This document shows positions 32,470 to 43,406 of a stretch of DNA of 64,000 bases, piece by piece. Position 1 is the first letter of the stretch; every line of letters starts with the position of its first letter. The stretch comes from Candidatus Thorarchaeota archaeon. GTDB lineage: Archaea > Asgardarchaeota > Thorarchaeia > Thorarchaeales > Thorarchaeaceae. The position numbers and the translations under genes were made by a program. The notes under the pieces were generated by a model. It did no database searches, was not told where the DNA came from, and saw only the letters and a list, made by a program, of their open reading frames with translations. The DNA lies in NCBI GenBank assembly GCA_963726195.1, contig CAVSBO010000004.1:128001-192000 (forward strand). Reading direction: 5' to 3'.

Positions 32470-33814
32470 ATGCTCAAGGTTAAGAAGACGGAGCGCATCT
32501 CCGAAAGATTACCTATGCTTGCCAAGGACCTAGCAACAGCAGTCGAAATCAAAGATCCGATTCACGGGTACGTAGGCATGACCCAAGTCGAGAAGGACAT
32601 CTTGGACCTCAAGATATGTCAGAGACTGAGGCGCATATCGTATCCTGCATGTACACAACTTGTGTATCCCGGGGCGGAAATGACCGCGATGAGTCGCATG
32701 CCCGGCAAGATGTATGTCACTCAAGTATTCTTCGAGAGCATAGGCGCTGACTCGAACGAAATCCAAGTGGCTCGGCTAGCATCAATGCTACTAACCCTGG
32801 CCCACGGACCTTGGTCAAACGTGATGGAGGAGTACCTTGCAGCCAGAGGCATAGACCGCAGAAAGCTGGCGCATCTCATCCTTGAGAAGTCTCAGGTCTC
32901 TGAGATTGTCAAAAGAAGCACGTACTCCGTGGACGAAATCAAGGCATCCATTGACAAGGGTGTTCAGGTTCGGGGATATCGCGTCGACCTTCTGACGATA
33001 CCAATCAATCCACATCTTGTCGATGGTCTAATGAGAGATGCATACTTCGCAGGAGTGAAGTATGCGCCTGTCGAGTTTCCTAGGCTGTTTACCCATTCGC
33101 GAATCCTGCGGGATCATCTCAGCTGTTGAACGCGGCGCCCTGTTTACATTGGAATCGTATCTCTCAGCAGGGGCAAATATGTTTGAGGCCCTATACTATC
33201 ACAAGGCTGTTAGGGCCGCGGAGCTCATGCTGCTTCGCATACTGGATGAGGCCGGGTCCCAGATTATCAAATCCCCTGCCGATGACCTCACATCATTTCT
33301 CGAATGCGATGACCTCACATTCTACGACATGCTTCTTACAGCCGCGCCTGGCTCATCGGAAGAGATGTCTATTGCCAGTCGTCTTTTCCAAGAGTACACT
33401 AAGAGATACCTGATCAAGATGGCAAGTTCTAGGGCTATCTCGGACCCTGAGTTCCTCAGCAAACTGTCTACGGTCGATGGCCAGTTCGAAATTGAAAGAG
33501 AGATTGCGGGCGACGCTGGGATAGATCCCATGTATGTATACATCGACTATCCCGACCGCTTGTCAGTGACCTACTATCCTGGCAAGTATCCGCTCGAGGG
33601 CCTCATGTTGTACGAGAGGGGGTCGAGTGGATTTGAGCTCTGGCCAGTCTTGGATATGAGTTCAGTAGCGCGCAGCTTGTCCAGGCAGCTAAAGACAGTT
33701 CGAATCTACACCACTCGCGGCTATCGTGCGAAGGTGAAGAAGTCTGGCGACAAAGTCCTCGAGAGTGTCGATACTGCGGGTGTTCGACTTAGAGATGAAA
33801 GGAAGCAACGTTGA
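32470..33814 (+). CDS. HD-superfamily (YwfO/SAMHD1-like) protein lacking the metal ligands; frameshift near 33100
   Basis: IKDPIHGY, QRLRRI, VYPGA, HGPWS, RDAYFAG and LYYHKAVR scaffold present; HD motif replaced by LT. Confidence 0.82.
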
Positions 33815-33968
33815 CCAGATGTGTACAAAGTCCCCGGCATCACGCGCAATGCAGCACAGGCTCATTCAAACTGACGAGATTAGAAGTCCGGTCCGCCCAC
33901 GACAACCATATTAGTGTTTTTTCACCCTTTACTCTTGCCGTACCTTCACCGCGCCCGAGGTCGATCAT

Positions 33969-36245
33969 ATGTTCTCATGCAGAAGATGTAATGAGCCGCT
34001 GTATGTACGAAGTGCAGACCTTCACGACATGATTCTGACAATGGACGTACAGTGTCTCAACGGTCACAAAGGTGTAAGACGAGTAGCCGAGCACCAAGCA
34101 AAGGAAATGACAAGTGACCTGTTCAAGAAGATGTACGTCTGTCTTGAGTGCGGCCTCAGCATGAGTCTCATAGAATCACAGACTTCAGGCCTTAGGGTAT
34201 ACAGCACGTTTCTATGCCCGATTCACGGTCCGCAGAAGAGAGAGTACCCGCTTGCTTTTGCACCTTCAGTCGCTCTGGCGGGTGGTGACGTTGATGGTGC
34301 AAAGTCTATCATTGACTCATTCAGGTGCCCGCAGTGTGGACAAACATACGCCGTGAGCGAAATCTCAGAGCGACGTGGCATCCTTGAAATGATTTTACGA
34401 TGTCCGAACGGACACAGGGCGACAAGGTACATTCCGAGTTCATCAGAAGCTCCTCTCCTGAAGAGCATACTTCAGCGTGTTGCCTATTGTGATATCTGCG
34501 GTCTCCCGGGGGCTGTGTCACATATCGAAGAACGGCGAGATGTAGCCAGAGTGTATACATCATGCCCCGAGCACGGTCTCTTGAAGAAGGATGTTCCCAC
34601 GAGCGTGCTGGCAGCGCTCAAGGATGCTGTCGCGGACATACCACCAGATGCTATCGTAAGTGCCATGCTGATTTCTCGTTCTACCGGCAAGCATCTTGCT
34701 ATTCGCTCGGTCGAGGAATACCAAAGTGGCTACAGGTTCAGGTGCAGTGGCCCGAGCAATGGCCACTGCGTAGATCGAGTGGTTCCGATTGTGTGGACAG
34801 ATAGCGTGAAGGACCGAATAGCCACAGCTCTTCTTTCCTGTACTGATTGTGGCCTTCTTACGCACATTCTCGATGCCAGAGCTACTCGTCGAGGAGTTGA
34901 TTTTGATATCGTCTGCCCAATTCACGGAGTGCAGGAGCGGTCCGTACCCACAGACGTTTTCAAGTATGTCAAAGAGAGGGAACCCGGAATCGATCGTGAG
35001 CCCTCGATAGTCCGGAGCCTGACATGTCAGAGGTGCAATATGCCTCTAGTGCTGCGTGATGTTGAGAATCGCAGAGGGCTTTCCGAGTTTGACTTGGATT
35101 GTCGCAACGGCCATCGGACGAAGCGGTTTTTCGTACCCAACCTCGACCAAAAGATGCTGGTAAAGATGTATGTTCACCTCTACCAGTGTCCTGAGTGCTA
35201 TGAGCCTCTCGACCTTGTCTATGCAAAGGAATCTGGACGCGAGTCGCGAGTGGTGCTTCTGTGTCCGCTTCATGGCAAGCTTGTTCTTGATGTTCCGCCT
35301 GACCACGCGGAGGCGATGCGCGCAGCGTATACTGAGATTCAGGCCGAACGGGCAAGGCCGCCTGTTGAGGCACCTGAACCAGTGCCCGAGGTCCGCAGCG
35401 AGACATTTGTTCAGTCTATGGAAGAAACGGTTGGGCAAGTGAAAGTGGCACGCGGGTGTGACATAATCGGCGGCAAGTTCGACTACAAGGTCAAGGTGAA
35501 GAACGGAACAGGTTACGTCGTGACGAACGTAACCGTGAGCATAGTGGCTTTCCCGCAGGACTGTATGGAGATGGCGGGCGAGACAGTTAAGTCGATACCT
35601 AGGATAGAGGTAGGCGGTTTTCGCAGCCCCCAGTTCACTCTGTTTCCAACAAAAGACTGCGTTCAGGGCAAGGTTGTTGCCACTGTCTCGTACATCGACT
35701 TCCGTGACCAGCTACATACGACACAAGTTGAACCCTACATAATCCGGTCTGTCTGTGACTTGTTGAAGCCCTCCGAGAAGACATCGAAGGAGTTCGACCT
35801 GCTGCTAACCAATCTAACCAAGACTAATCAGGAACAGACCATGGAATGGAATGCACGCATACTCTTCACTAAGGCCGAGAAGCTTCTGCCCGCAAAGAAC
35901 TTCCATATAGTCGACGCTGACGAGAAAGTTGTGAACGGAGAGTTCATCGGAACAATCAGGGGCTACGCAGAGGGCAAGTACACTGGCAAGAAGGTCGCAG
36001 TCATATTCTTGATCAGCGGTTCAGATACTGGAAGGCAGGCACAGGTCAAGGTTGATGCACTTGGCGAGGATGTGGCGATGCTGCCAATCACTATCGATGA
36101 GCTCGCCGAAAGCATGGATTCATGGATTTGCCTCAGATGCGGCGCACCTTTCGATGCGGAGCAGGTACAAGCTTTGGAAGAAAGAAAGCCCGTGAGTTGC
36201 AGGTATTGCTCTCATACCCTGACAATCGGACTGTATCTTCAGTAG
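33969..36245 (+). CDS. Multi-Zn-finger repeat protein with a C-terminal beta-sandwich/platform-like domain and terminal Zn ribbon
   Basis: Eight CxxC...CxNGH/CPxHG units (one degenerate) and a terminal CLRC...CRYC. Confidence 0.8.
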   Translation: MFSCRRCNEPLYVRSADLHDMILTMDVQCLNGHKGVRRVAEHQAKEMTSDLFKKMYVCLECGLSMSLIESQTSGLRVYSTFLCPIHGPQKREYPLAFAPSVALAGGDVDGAKSIIDSFRCPQCGQTYAVSEISERRGILEMILRCPNGHRATRYIPSSSEAPLLKSILQRVAYCDICGLPGAVSHIEERRDVARVYTSCPEHGLLKKDVPTSVLAALKDAVADIPPDAIVSAMLISRSTGKHLAIRSVEEYQSGYRFRCSGPSNGHCVDRVVPIVWTDSVKDRIATALLSCTDCGLLTHILDARATRRGVDFDIVCPIHGVQERSVPTDVFKYVKEREPGIDREPSIVRSLTCQRCNMPLVLRDVENRRGLSEFDLDCRNGHRTKRFFVPNLDQKMLVKMYVHLYQCPECYEPLDLVYAKESGRESRVVLLCPLHGKLVLDVPPDHAEAMRAAYTEIQAERARPPVEAPEPVPEVRSETFVQSMEETVGQVKVARGCDIIGGKFDYKVKVKNGTGYVVTNVTVSIVAFPQDCMEMAGETVKSIPRIEVGGFRSPQFTLFPTKDCVQGKVVATVSYIDFRDQLHTTQVEPYIIRSVCDLLKPSEKTSKEFDLLLTNLTKTNQEQTMEWNARILFTKAEKLLPAKNFHIVDADEKVVNGEFIGTIRGYAEGKYTGKKVAVIFLISGSDTGRQAQVKVDALGEDVAMLPITIDELAESMDSWICLRCGAPFDAEQVQALEERKPVSCRYCSHTLTIGLYLQ

Positions 36246-36300
36246 GTTTCAAGCAGCACGAAGAGCATTCAGCACGTAGGCTAGGTTCGACGGAGTAGTG

Positions 36301-36885
36301 CTATTCGTTCTCTGCCGCATTCGGACCTTTCCATTCAATTGTTGGTCTAGCAATGACCTGCATGTGGACCAGGATGCGATCAACAATGGAGTCCACGAGT
36401 TCTTCGACGGTATCAGGTCTGTGCCAAAACGCAGGGCTCGCTGGCAGGACAATCGCACCAGCTTCTGTCACCAGTTCCATGTTGCGGATATGGATGAGAT
36501 TCAATGGGGTCTCCCGGGGAACGAGCACGAGGGTTCTCCTTTCTTTTAGGCAGCAATCCGCAGCCCTTGTTATGAGATTGTCAGCGTACCCGTGAGCAAT
36601 GCCTGCGAGAGTCTTCATAGAGCATGGTACAATTGCCATCGAGTCTAGGTGGAAGCTTCCACTGGCGGGGCCAGCTGACAGGTCGTTCTCGTCATAGACG
36701 GTATCAACCTCCGCGGCCAGTTGCTCTCCCGTTATGCCGGTTTCGTGCATAAGCGTGTCGGCACCCCACTTGCTTACAACCAAGTGCACCTCATGTCCCA
36801 TGTGCTTCAGTGCCCTTACGAGTCTGAGACCATAAATCGACCCGCTCGCTCCTGTAATGCAGACAAGTACTCGCTTCTTGTTCAA
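36301..36885 (-). CDS. ubiX: Flavin prenyltransferase UbiX
   Basis: ITGASG, PASGS, PCSMKTL, RAAD..LKERR and PRETP. Confidence 0.96.
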   Translation of the reverse strand: MNKKRVLVCITGASGSIYGLRLVRALKHMGHEVHLVVSKWGADTLMHETGITGEQLAAEVDTVYDENDLSAGPASGSFHLDSMAIVPCSMKTLAGIAHGYADNLITRAADCCLKERRTLVLVPRETPLNLIHIRNMELVTEAGAIVLPASPAFWHRPDTVEELVDSIVDRILVHMQVIARPTIEWKGPNAAENE

Positions 36886-36971
36886 CTATCGCACCCGCAA
36901 AGATACCGAATCTATCCACGATGGTACATTAATACTTCGGGTTGAGCCATCCAAGAGGCATGTTCGTTTTC

Positions 36972-38834
36972 TCACCATATTAGGAATGTGAGAAGAGCAG
37001 ACAGAAGAATCGTCAACCCAGCAGATAGGATGCCAACACGTTTAGCGATGTGACCGGCCTCGGAAACATCTTCCATGAGAGTGTCATAGCCTTTCACTCC
37101 GTAGGTCATCAGTCCCTTAGCTTCTCCGAAGTTCAAGCCTGCCTTGACGGGCTTGAGCCTTTCTCTGGCCTTGATAGCGGCGTCGAGTATGTTGCCAAGC
37201 GCCTCGGCTGCCTTCAATCTGCCAACTGGAGGATATCCCTTACTGGAGAGCGTCACTGCATTGACGATGTGGGTGTCCGTCGTCATGAGCTCGGCTTGGT
37301 CAAACCCTTGTGCTTTCAGCTGCGCAATCGCCTTCTCTCTGAATCCCGGTTCCATGTTGTTTCCGTCAATCGATAAGAGGGCAGTTTCATGTGACGCTGT
37401 CTTGATGACAAGTGCCACTATGCCGCCGGGCCCTATTCCGTCCTTGACTCCCACATTGCTTGGAACAATCCGACAAGCACCGACGTTAATGCGTTCACGG
37501 GGTCTGCCAACAGTTGATGAGACTGCGTTGGACACGGCCTTGACGAAGTCTGCAGCTTGAGGATCTCCGGGCATCAAGGAGACCGCGTCATTGCTTATGC
37601 AGTTGTGTGCATCAACGATTGCAACGCCGGCAAGCTTCGGAACCTGACTTCGTGCCATCTTGGCCGCCTCGCGGCCAACCTCAATGAAGATGTCATCAGT
37701 GAACTCGGGAGCACTCGTCGTGATTGTGAGAGCACCGTCGCCAATGAATGTGGTCCAAACCTTGAATTTTCCATTGGCTGACCAGTGTGGTCCAGACACG
37801 GAGTCCGCAACAGACGTAGAGTCAATGAGCTCATCGATCTTTGCCAAGACCTTTGGGAACTCGTCTTTTGTGGCAAGGTTCTCGTGGTGCATACAGCTGC
37901 CGTGCATCACGAATGCAGGGACGGAGTACTTGGAATCGATGTGGTCAATAATCGTCGAAGTAAGCATACTGCTGCCGACATTTCTGAATGGTCCCGGGTG
38001 CACATAGAGAACTATTCCTACGGCGACGAGGCCTTGGTTGTCCCTGAAGACCATAGTCTCGACAGGAACATCCTGTGGAGTCGCAATCGTGCCGACAATC
38101 CTGTCAAAGGGTTCCGGATTGTCCGACAAATATGAATGGGCGAACCCGCGAAGCAGCTGAGGTCCATCAACACCGAGGTCGCGCTTGAAGGGTTTGCTGA
38201 CAGAATGGAAAATCGTCAGAATGGCCGCGGAGAGAAGCAAAACTGTAGCTGCGAATGAGATCATCCAGAACTGCGGCAGTTGAAACACAAGTTGTCCTGA
38301 GTAGCTCAGCACAATCGCAATGACGAACCAAAGTAGGGGCGGAATTATCGCTGCAGCCAAGTTCCGTGAGGCTCGTCGACCGGTCAGTCCATTGAGGATG
38401 AAGGCTGACACCATATAGGTCAAACCCGCGCCCAGCATCCAAAACCTCATTTCAAAAGAGCTGCCTCCGGTCAAGAAGTCAAGAAAGCCTCCGACTGTGC
38501 CCAGTGCCAACCAGAAGAGAACCCCAAACTCAATCATGCCAAAGACTCTTCTATGGTCGAGAGGGGCACCCTTCTTCCTTGTCACGAGATAGACTAGTTC
38601 GGTTCCTACGAATATGGGGATTACTAAGAGCAGGACATAACGCAAGAAGGTCCAAGTCAGGGACAAGCCCGGAGAACCAGCCGTTCTGAAGACCGAGAGA
38701 AAGAATGAGCAAACGAGAATGGACAGGGTCATTAGAATGACCATGTTTCGATACCGTGGCAGCTTCCACATCCTGTTGTAGAGCTTCTGTGTTTCCCTTA
38801 CGTTAGCCTTCTCACCCAATTCGAGTCCCACCAA
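36972..38834 (-). CDS. DUF2070 family membrane protein (ceramidase-like lipid hydrolase fold)
   Basis: N-terminal TM segments; HPGPF, DAHN, DGNNM and TTDTH motifs. Confidence 0.88.
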   Translation of the reverse strand: MVGLELGEKANVRETQKLYNRMWKLPRYRNMVILMTLSILVCSFFLSVFRTAGSPGLSLTWTFLRYVLLLVIPIFVGTELVYLVTRKKGAPLDHRRVFGMIEFGVLFWLALGTVGGFLDFLTGGSSFEMRFWMLGAGLTYMVSAFILNGLTGRRASRNLAAAIIPPLLWFVIAIVLSYSGQLVFQLPQFWMISFAATVLLLSAAILTIFHSVSKPFKRDLGVDGPQLLRGFAHSYLSDNPEPFDRIVGTIATPQDVPVETMVFRDNQGLVAVGIVLYVHPGPFRNVGSSMLTSTIIDHIDSKYSVPAFVMHGSCMHHENLATKDEFPKVLAKIDELIDSTSVADSVSGPHWSANGKFKVWTTFIGDGALTITTSAPEFTDDIFIEVGREAAKMARSQVPKLAGVAIVDAHNCISNDAVSLMPGDPQAADFVKAVSNAVSSTVGRPRERINVGACRIVPSNVGVKDGIGPGGIVALVIKTASHETALLSIDGNNMEPGFREKAIAQLKAQGFDQAELMTTDTHIVNAVTLSSKGYPPVGRLKAAEALGNILDAAIKARERLKPVKAGLNFGEAKGLMTYGVKGYDTLMEDVSEAGHIAKRVGILSAGLTILLSALLTFLIW

Positions 38835-38910
38835 TGCTTTCAGTCGTGGCCCATTGCCTGTCTTATGAACTTGCGCTTAGTGGGCATTTCATAGTTCCTC
38901 AAACCGAATG

Positions 38911-38940
38911 CTTTTATCGTGTTCGATATCGCGTCCGATA
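38911..38940 (+). promoter_or_regulatory. Putative TATA box overlapped by tandem TATCG-N4-CGATA palindromes (candidate PadR operator)
   Basis: tatcg-tgtt-cgata (38915-38928) and tatcg-cgtc-cgata (38927-38940), ending 20 bp before the padR ATG. Confidence 0.6.
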
Positions 38941-38959
38941 GAATTCGGGGAATCGTCGT

Positions 38960-39511
38960 ATGAGTGCGCGTTCAACTACCAAGCAGCGAGAAGAGATTGA
39001 GGAGATCCAGTCGGTCCCAAGAGGTCTTCTCAGATTCCTGATACTAAAGATGCTTGATTCGCAGGAGATGAATGGCACTCAGATAATGAGCACATTCGAA
39101 GAGAGGAGCGGTGGGATGTGGAAACCCAGCTGCGGGTCAGTCTATCCGATTCTTGGGAACATGGAACAGAAAGGTATGATTAGACCAGTTAGCAGCGATG
39201 GACGCAGCAAGACCTACCAGCTATCAGACAAAGGCCGCGCCGTTGTGAAAAAAGTGGAGGCGCGAATGCAGCTCTTTGAGAGCAAGGCATTGTTTGGTCC
39301 TCGATTCTGGTTCTCCATGATGGACCCGGCTGAGAGGGCAGCTGCCTATCTTGCAATCGTCTCTGGCATCGTGGATGGCCTACCCGAAACACTGGAATCG
39401 CTTCAAGGTGACGATCGTGAGAAGTACTTGAAGCGGCTCGAAGAAATCGTAGAGAATCTCAAATCTTTGACCAGGAATCTTAGAAACGGAGGCTCGAGTG
39501 TTGGCCAATAA
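38960..39511 (+). CDS. PadR family transcriptional regulator
   Basis: PRGLLRFLIL, WKPSCGSVYPIL and KTYQLSDKG. Confidence 0.92.
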   Translation: MSARSTTKQREEIEEIQSVPRGLLRFLILKMLDSQEMNGTQIMSTFEERSGGMWKPSCGSVYPILGNMEQKGMIRPVSSDGRSKTYQLSDKGRAVVKKVEARMQLFESKALFGPRFWFSMMDPAERAAAYLAIVSGIVDGLPETLESLQGDDREKYLKRLEEIVENLKSLTRNLRNGGSSVGQ

Positions 39512-41342
39512 CAGTACAACGAAGCATAGGTCTGCATCCCGGTATATGCTGGCCGGCCTTATCAGAAGACCCTGGATAATAACAGGGGCCACTATTCTGA
39601 CTCTAATTTCCTCGTTCCTCACGGTCTTGCCTATGGTGGTCGTAGGCTCAGCCGTCGATGAGCTTTCGAGCTCAAATGCCATTACGCTTCGATTCATACA
39701 GATGTGCTGGTTGATAGTGGGCTTGGGTGTCGCCTACTTAGTGCTCTTCTTTGTCGTAGGGTACGCCTGGGCAATAGTGACTCTAGGTTGGGAGCGAGAC
39801 GCTAGACAGGAGTTCATCGAAGCGCTCCAGAACTATAGCATGGCATTTCATGATGAGGTTGATAGCAAGAGGATGCTGTCGGTCGCCATGCAAGACATTA
39901 CCTGGGTCCGATTCTCTCTGAGCCCTGCTCTGAGAAGCTTCATCTCTGCTCTTGCGTCGTTCATTCTTACAGGAATCATCGTCGCGAATCTGGATACTAG
40001 TTTGAGTCCGTTCTACTTCCTTGGATACCCCCTTCATGTGTTCACACTTATCATAATCGTGGGCATACCGCTGTACCTTGTCTTTGCATACCGCTATGCC
40101 AACAGGGTGGCGCCTGTCCGCAAAGCGAAGTCAGAGAAAATGGAGGAGCTGACGTCGATTTCTCAGGGAGCCTTCCAAGGTATCGAGGTGGTGAGAACGT
40201 TTGCCGGTGAGGATCGAGAGAACGCAAAGTTCAGGGATATCAGCAAAGGCTACGAGAGCATAAGCACTCGTGAGGGGCGCTTGGCTGCATTCTACACTCC
40301 TATCTTAATCCAGATATTCATGACAATCTCAGCCTTCCTGTATGGGAGCTATGCTCTTCTCCTTCACCAAGTATCTGTAGGCACCCTCATTGAAGTGCTC
40401 GGATTGCTAGTTGCTCTGGAAGGTGTGAGTTACATGCTTCCACAGAACCTGCTAATGATTCGTGGTGGTTATGTCAATGCTCAAAGAATAGTCAACATTC
40501 TGGGCTGGAGGGACCCACTAAACGAGCCTGAAAACGAAGAACCAGAAGTGAACTGGAAAGGCGACATTGTCTTTGAGAATGTGAGCTTTGCATACGGACG
40601 TGGAACCCTTCAAGGAGAGAGCTATGCGCTTAGGAACCTCAACCTGACAATCCCAAGCGGGTCAAGGGTCGCACTGATTGGGAGCCCAGGGAGCGGCAAG
40701 AGCACAGTCCTCAAGCTTCTCCTTCGCTTCTACGATCCAACCGAAGGTAGAATCAGTGTGGGCGGTGTCGACCTTAAGGACGTAAGCACGAAGACAATCC
40801 GCTCACATGTTGGAATGGTCGAACAGGATGTCTTTCTATTCATGGCGAGCGTCAAGGATAACATAGCCTTCGGTCGGACTGATGCTTCCATGGAAGAGAT
40901 TCAGGATGCAGCCAGAAGAGCCCAAGCGGAAGAGTTCATTCTTCAGATGCCCCAAGCATACGACACGGTCATCGGAGAACGCGGCATGACACTCAGCGGA
41001 GGTCAAAGGCAGAGACTTGCTATCGCGAGAGCGATAATCCACAACCCTGAGATATTGCTGCTCGATGACTCAGTGAGCGCTGTTGATGCTCGAACTGAGT
41101 ATCTGATGAGGAAAGCACTAAACGAAGTCATGACTGACAGAACTAGCATAACAGTCACTCAGAGGCTACGCACTCTCGTCGAGTCGGATCTGATTCTCAT
41201 TTTGGATAAGGGAACACTGATTGGCGCTGGTACCCATGCCCAGCTGTTGAAGTCGTCAGAAAACTACCGCCGAATCTTCGAACGCCTGCCGGGCGCAGCG
41301 GCCATCATAAAGCCCCCAAGGGCACGCAGAGGTGTCAAGTGA
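39498..41342 (+). CDS. ABC exporter half-transporter (TMD-NBD) with a degenerate nucleotide site
   Basis: GSPGSGKS and LSGGQRQR; Walker B LLDDS and switch TQRL are non-canonical. Confidence 0.93.
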   Translation: MLANNSTTKHRSASRYMLAGLIRRPWIITGATILTLISSFLTVLPMVVVGSAVDELSSSNAITLRFIQMCWLIVGLGVAYLVLFFVVGYAWAIVTLGWERDARQEFIEALQNYSMAFHDEVDSKRMLSVAMQDITWVRFSLSPALRSFISALASFILTGIIVANLDTSLSPFYFLGYPLHVFTLIIIVGIPLYLVFAYRYANRVAPVRKAKSEKMEELTSISQGAFQGIEVVRTFAGEDRENAKFRDISKGYESISTREGRLAAFYTPILIQIFMTISAFLYGSYALLLHQVSVGTLIEVLGLLVALEGVSYMLPQNLLMIRGGYVNAQRIVNILGWRDPLNEPENEEPEVNWKGDIVFENVSFAYGRGTLQGESYALRNLNLTIPSGSRVALIGSPGSGKSTVLKLLLRFYDPTEGRISVGGVDLKDVSTKTIRSHVGMVEQDVFLFMASVKDNIAFGRTDASMEEIQDAARRAQAEEFILQMPQAYDTVIGERGMTLSGGQRQRLAIARAIIHNPEILLLDDSVSAVDARTEYLMRKALNEVMTDRTSITVTQRLRTLVESDLILILDKGTLIGAGTHAQLLKSSENYRRIFERLPGAAAIIKPPRARRGVK

Positions 41343-43406
41343 TGGGAATGCGAGGTGGTGGCGGCGGACCGCCAATCATGTCGCGTCCGCATGAGAAGCG
41401 CAGTCGACCAGTAGGACTACTGCTCCGTCGCATGTTTGGCTATCTGCGCAGCTTCAAGCGCGCAGTTGCTGTTGGCGCAGTTGTTTCCATAATTGGCACA
41501 CTGTTCTCCGTCTTCGATACGCTTGTCCTTGCGCGAGGAATTGACTACGTGGCACTCGAGACGATTCAGATACAGGTCTTTCTACTTTTCACGCTCCTGT
41601 ATCTCGGCATCAAGCTTGGGAGCTGGGTCTTCAACGGTGCATTCAACTGGATTCTTGCTAGCGCACAGGCTGGCATGGTTCAGGCTGTCCAAGCTGATGT
41701 GTACGATCACTTGGTGAAAGCTGACCTATCATATCACAAGTCCCAGCAAAGCGGAAATGTGACATCGCGAGTGACCTCGGACACAGCGAATGTCAGCATT
41801 GGCATCCAAGTTCTGATCCAGTTTGCAGGCCAGATTCTCCTGCTCGGCATGACATTTTTCATTCTATGGGTCACATCCCCGATCGTCGCTCTGACATCCT
41901 TGATTGTCGTTCCGGGGATTGCTGCCATTGCCTATCTTTTTGGCACGGTAGGCCAGAGGATCATGTTGGCTTCGCAGAGAGCAATGGGGCAGGTCTCGGG
42001 CCAAATTGCAGAGAATCTCAGCGGCATACACGTGGCCAAGGCTTTCAACAGGGAAGGTGAACTGGCTAGCACGCTCTACGGACTCAACAAGAAGGCTTAC
42101 CGATACGGTTTCAGATTCATGATGCTCATGAGCGCAATGCAGCCACTAATGAACTCGATTGCAATGCTGGGAGTGTCAGCCGTGCTCTTTGTGGCAGGCT
42201 CACTTGCTGTCGGTACGCTGCCACTTCTGACCTTCGGCGACATCTTCCTAGGCGTTACGCTCGTGAACCGTTTCATGTGGCCACTCCTTGCATTGGTCAT
42301 GATGGCTGCCCAAGTCCAAGCATCACTTGCGTCGATGGACAGGATATCAGATGTTCTCGAAGCTAAACCCGGAATACGGGATGATGAGAATGCAATGCCT
42401 CTGAAGGAAGACAATGACGGTATCACCTTTGAGAACGTGGTCTTCTCATATGTCAAGCCGGATGCCGATTCCAGCATGAGTCTCATGACCCGACAGGGAG
42501 GCATGGGTCCTCCCATGGGACACGGAGGGTCCGGGATGATGATGGCTCCAGCTGCTCCGCGAACAGGTGCTAATCCTTCGGCCGCACGTAAAGGCATGCC
42601 AGCTTTCATGGCACAAGGGCCTGCTGCAAAGGAGGACGGTAATGTTCACGCGCTCAGGGGTGTGAGCTTCTCTATCAAGCCTGGACAGACTGTCGCGTTA
42701 GTAGGTCACACAGGAGCTGGAAAATCGACGATTGCAGCTCTGATTAACAGATTCTATGACCCGCAGGAGGGAAGGATTCTAATCGGAGACCAAGACATTC
42801 GCCAAGTGACGCTCAAGTCCTTGCACGAGGCGGTATCGCTTATTCCTCAGGAACCGTATCTCTTCGATGGCACGGTCATTCAAAACATACGCTACGGTCG
42901 CCCATCTGCTTCAGACGGCGAGGTCCAACAGATTTGCCAAGCAATGGGAGCTGACGAGTTCATCAGGGGTCTTCCTCTTGGGTATGAGACGCCTATACTT
43001 GAGAGCGGAAAGAACCTCAGTGCTGGTCAAAGACAGATGATAACAATCGCCCGGACTATGCTGGCTAACCCTCGAATACTAGTCCTCGACGAAGCAACCA
43101 GCCGCTTGGATGCTTACTCTGAGTCACTTGTCCAAGATGCACAGAGCAAGCTGATTCGCCAAGCGCACCACAGTCGTCATAGCACACAGGCTGACGACAA
43201 TTGTGAATGCTTCGAAAATCATAGTAATCGACAAGGGCAAGATTGTCGAGGAGGGCACCCATGACGAACTCTTGGCGCTCGGTGGCATGTTCAAGACCGT
43301 GTACGATATCTACTATGCCCATCAGGGAATAGGAGAAATAAAGGAGGAGGCAGTGCAGGCAATAGCTCCTCACTTGTCGGCAGTCGGCGGCAACGGAGCG
43401 CCATAA
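41339..43406 (+). CDS. ABC exporter half-transporter (TMD-NBD); frameshift near 43160
   Basis: [15 protein letters not shown] and LDEAT; IAHRL is recovered in the shifted frame. Confidence 0.92.
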
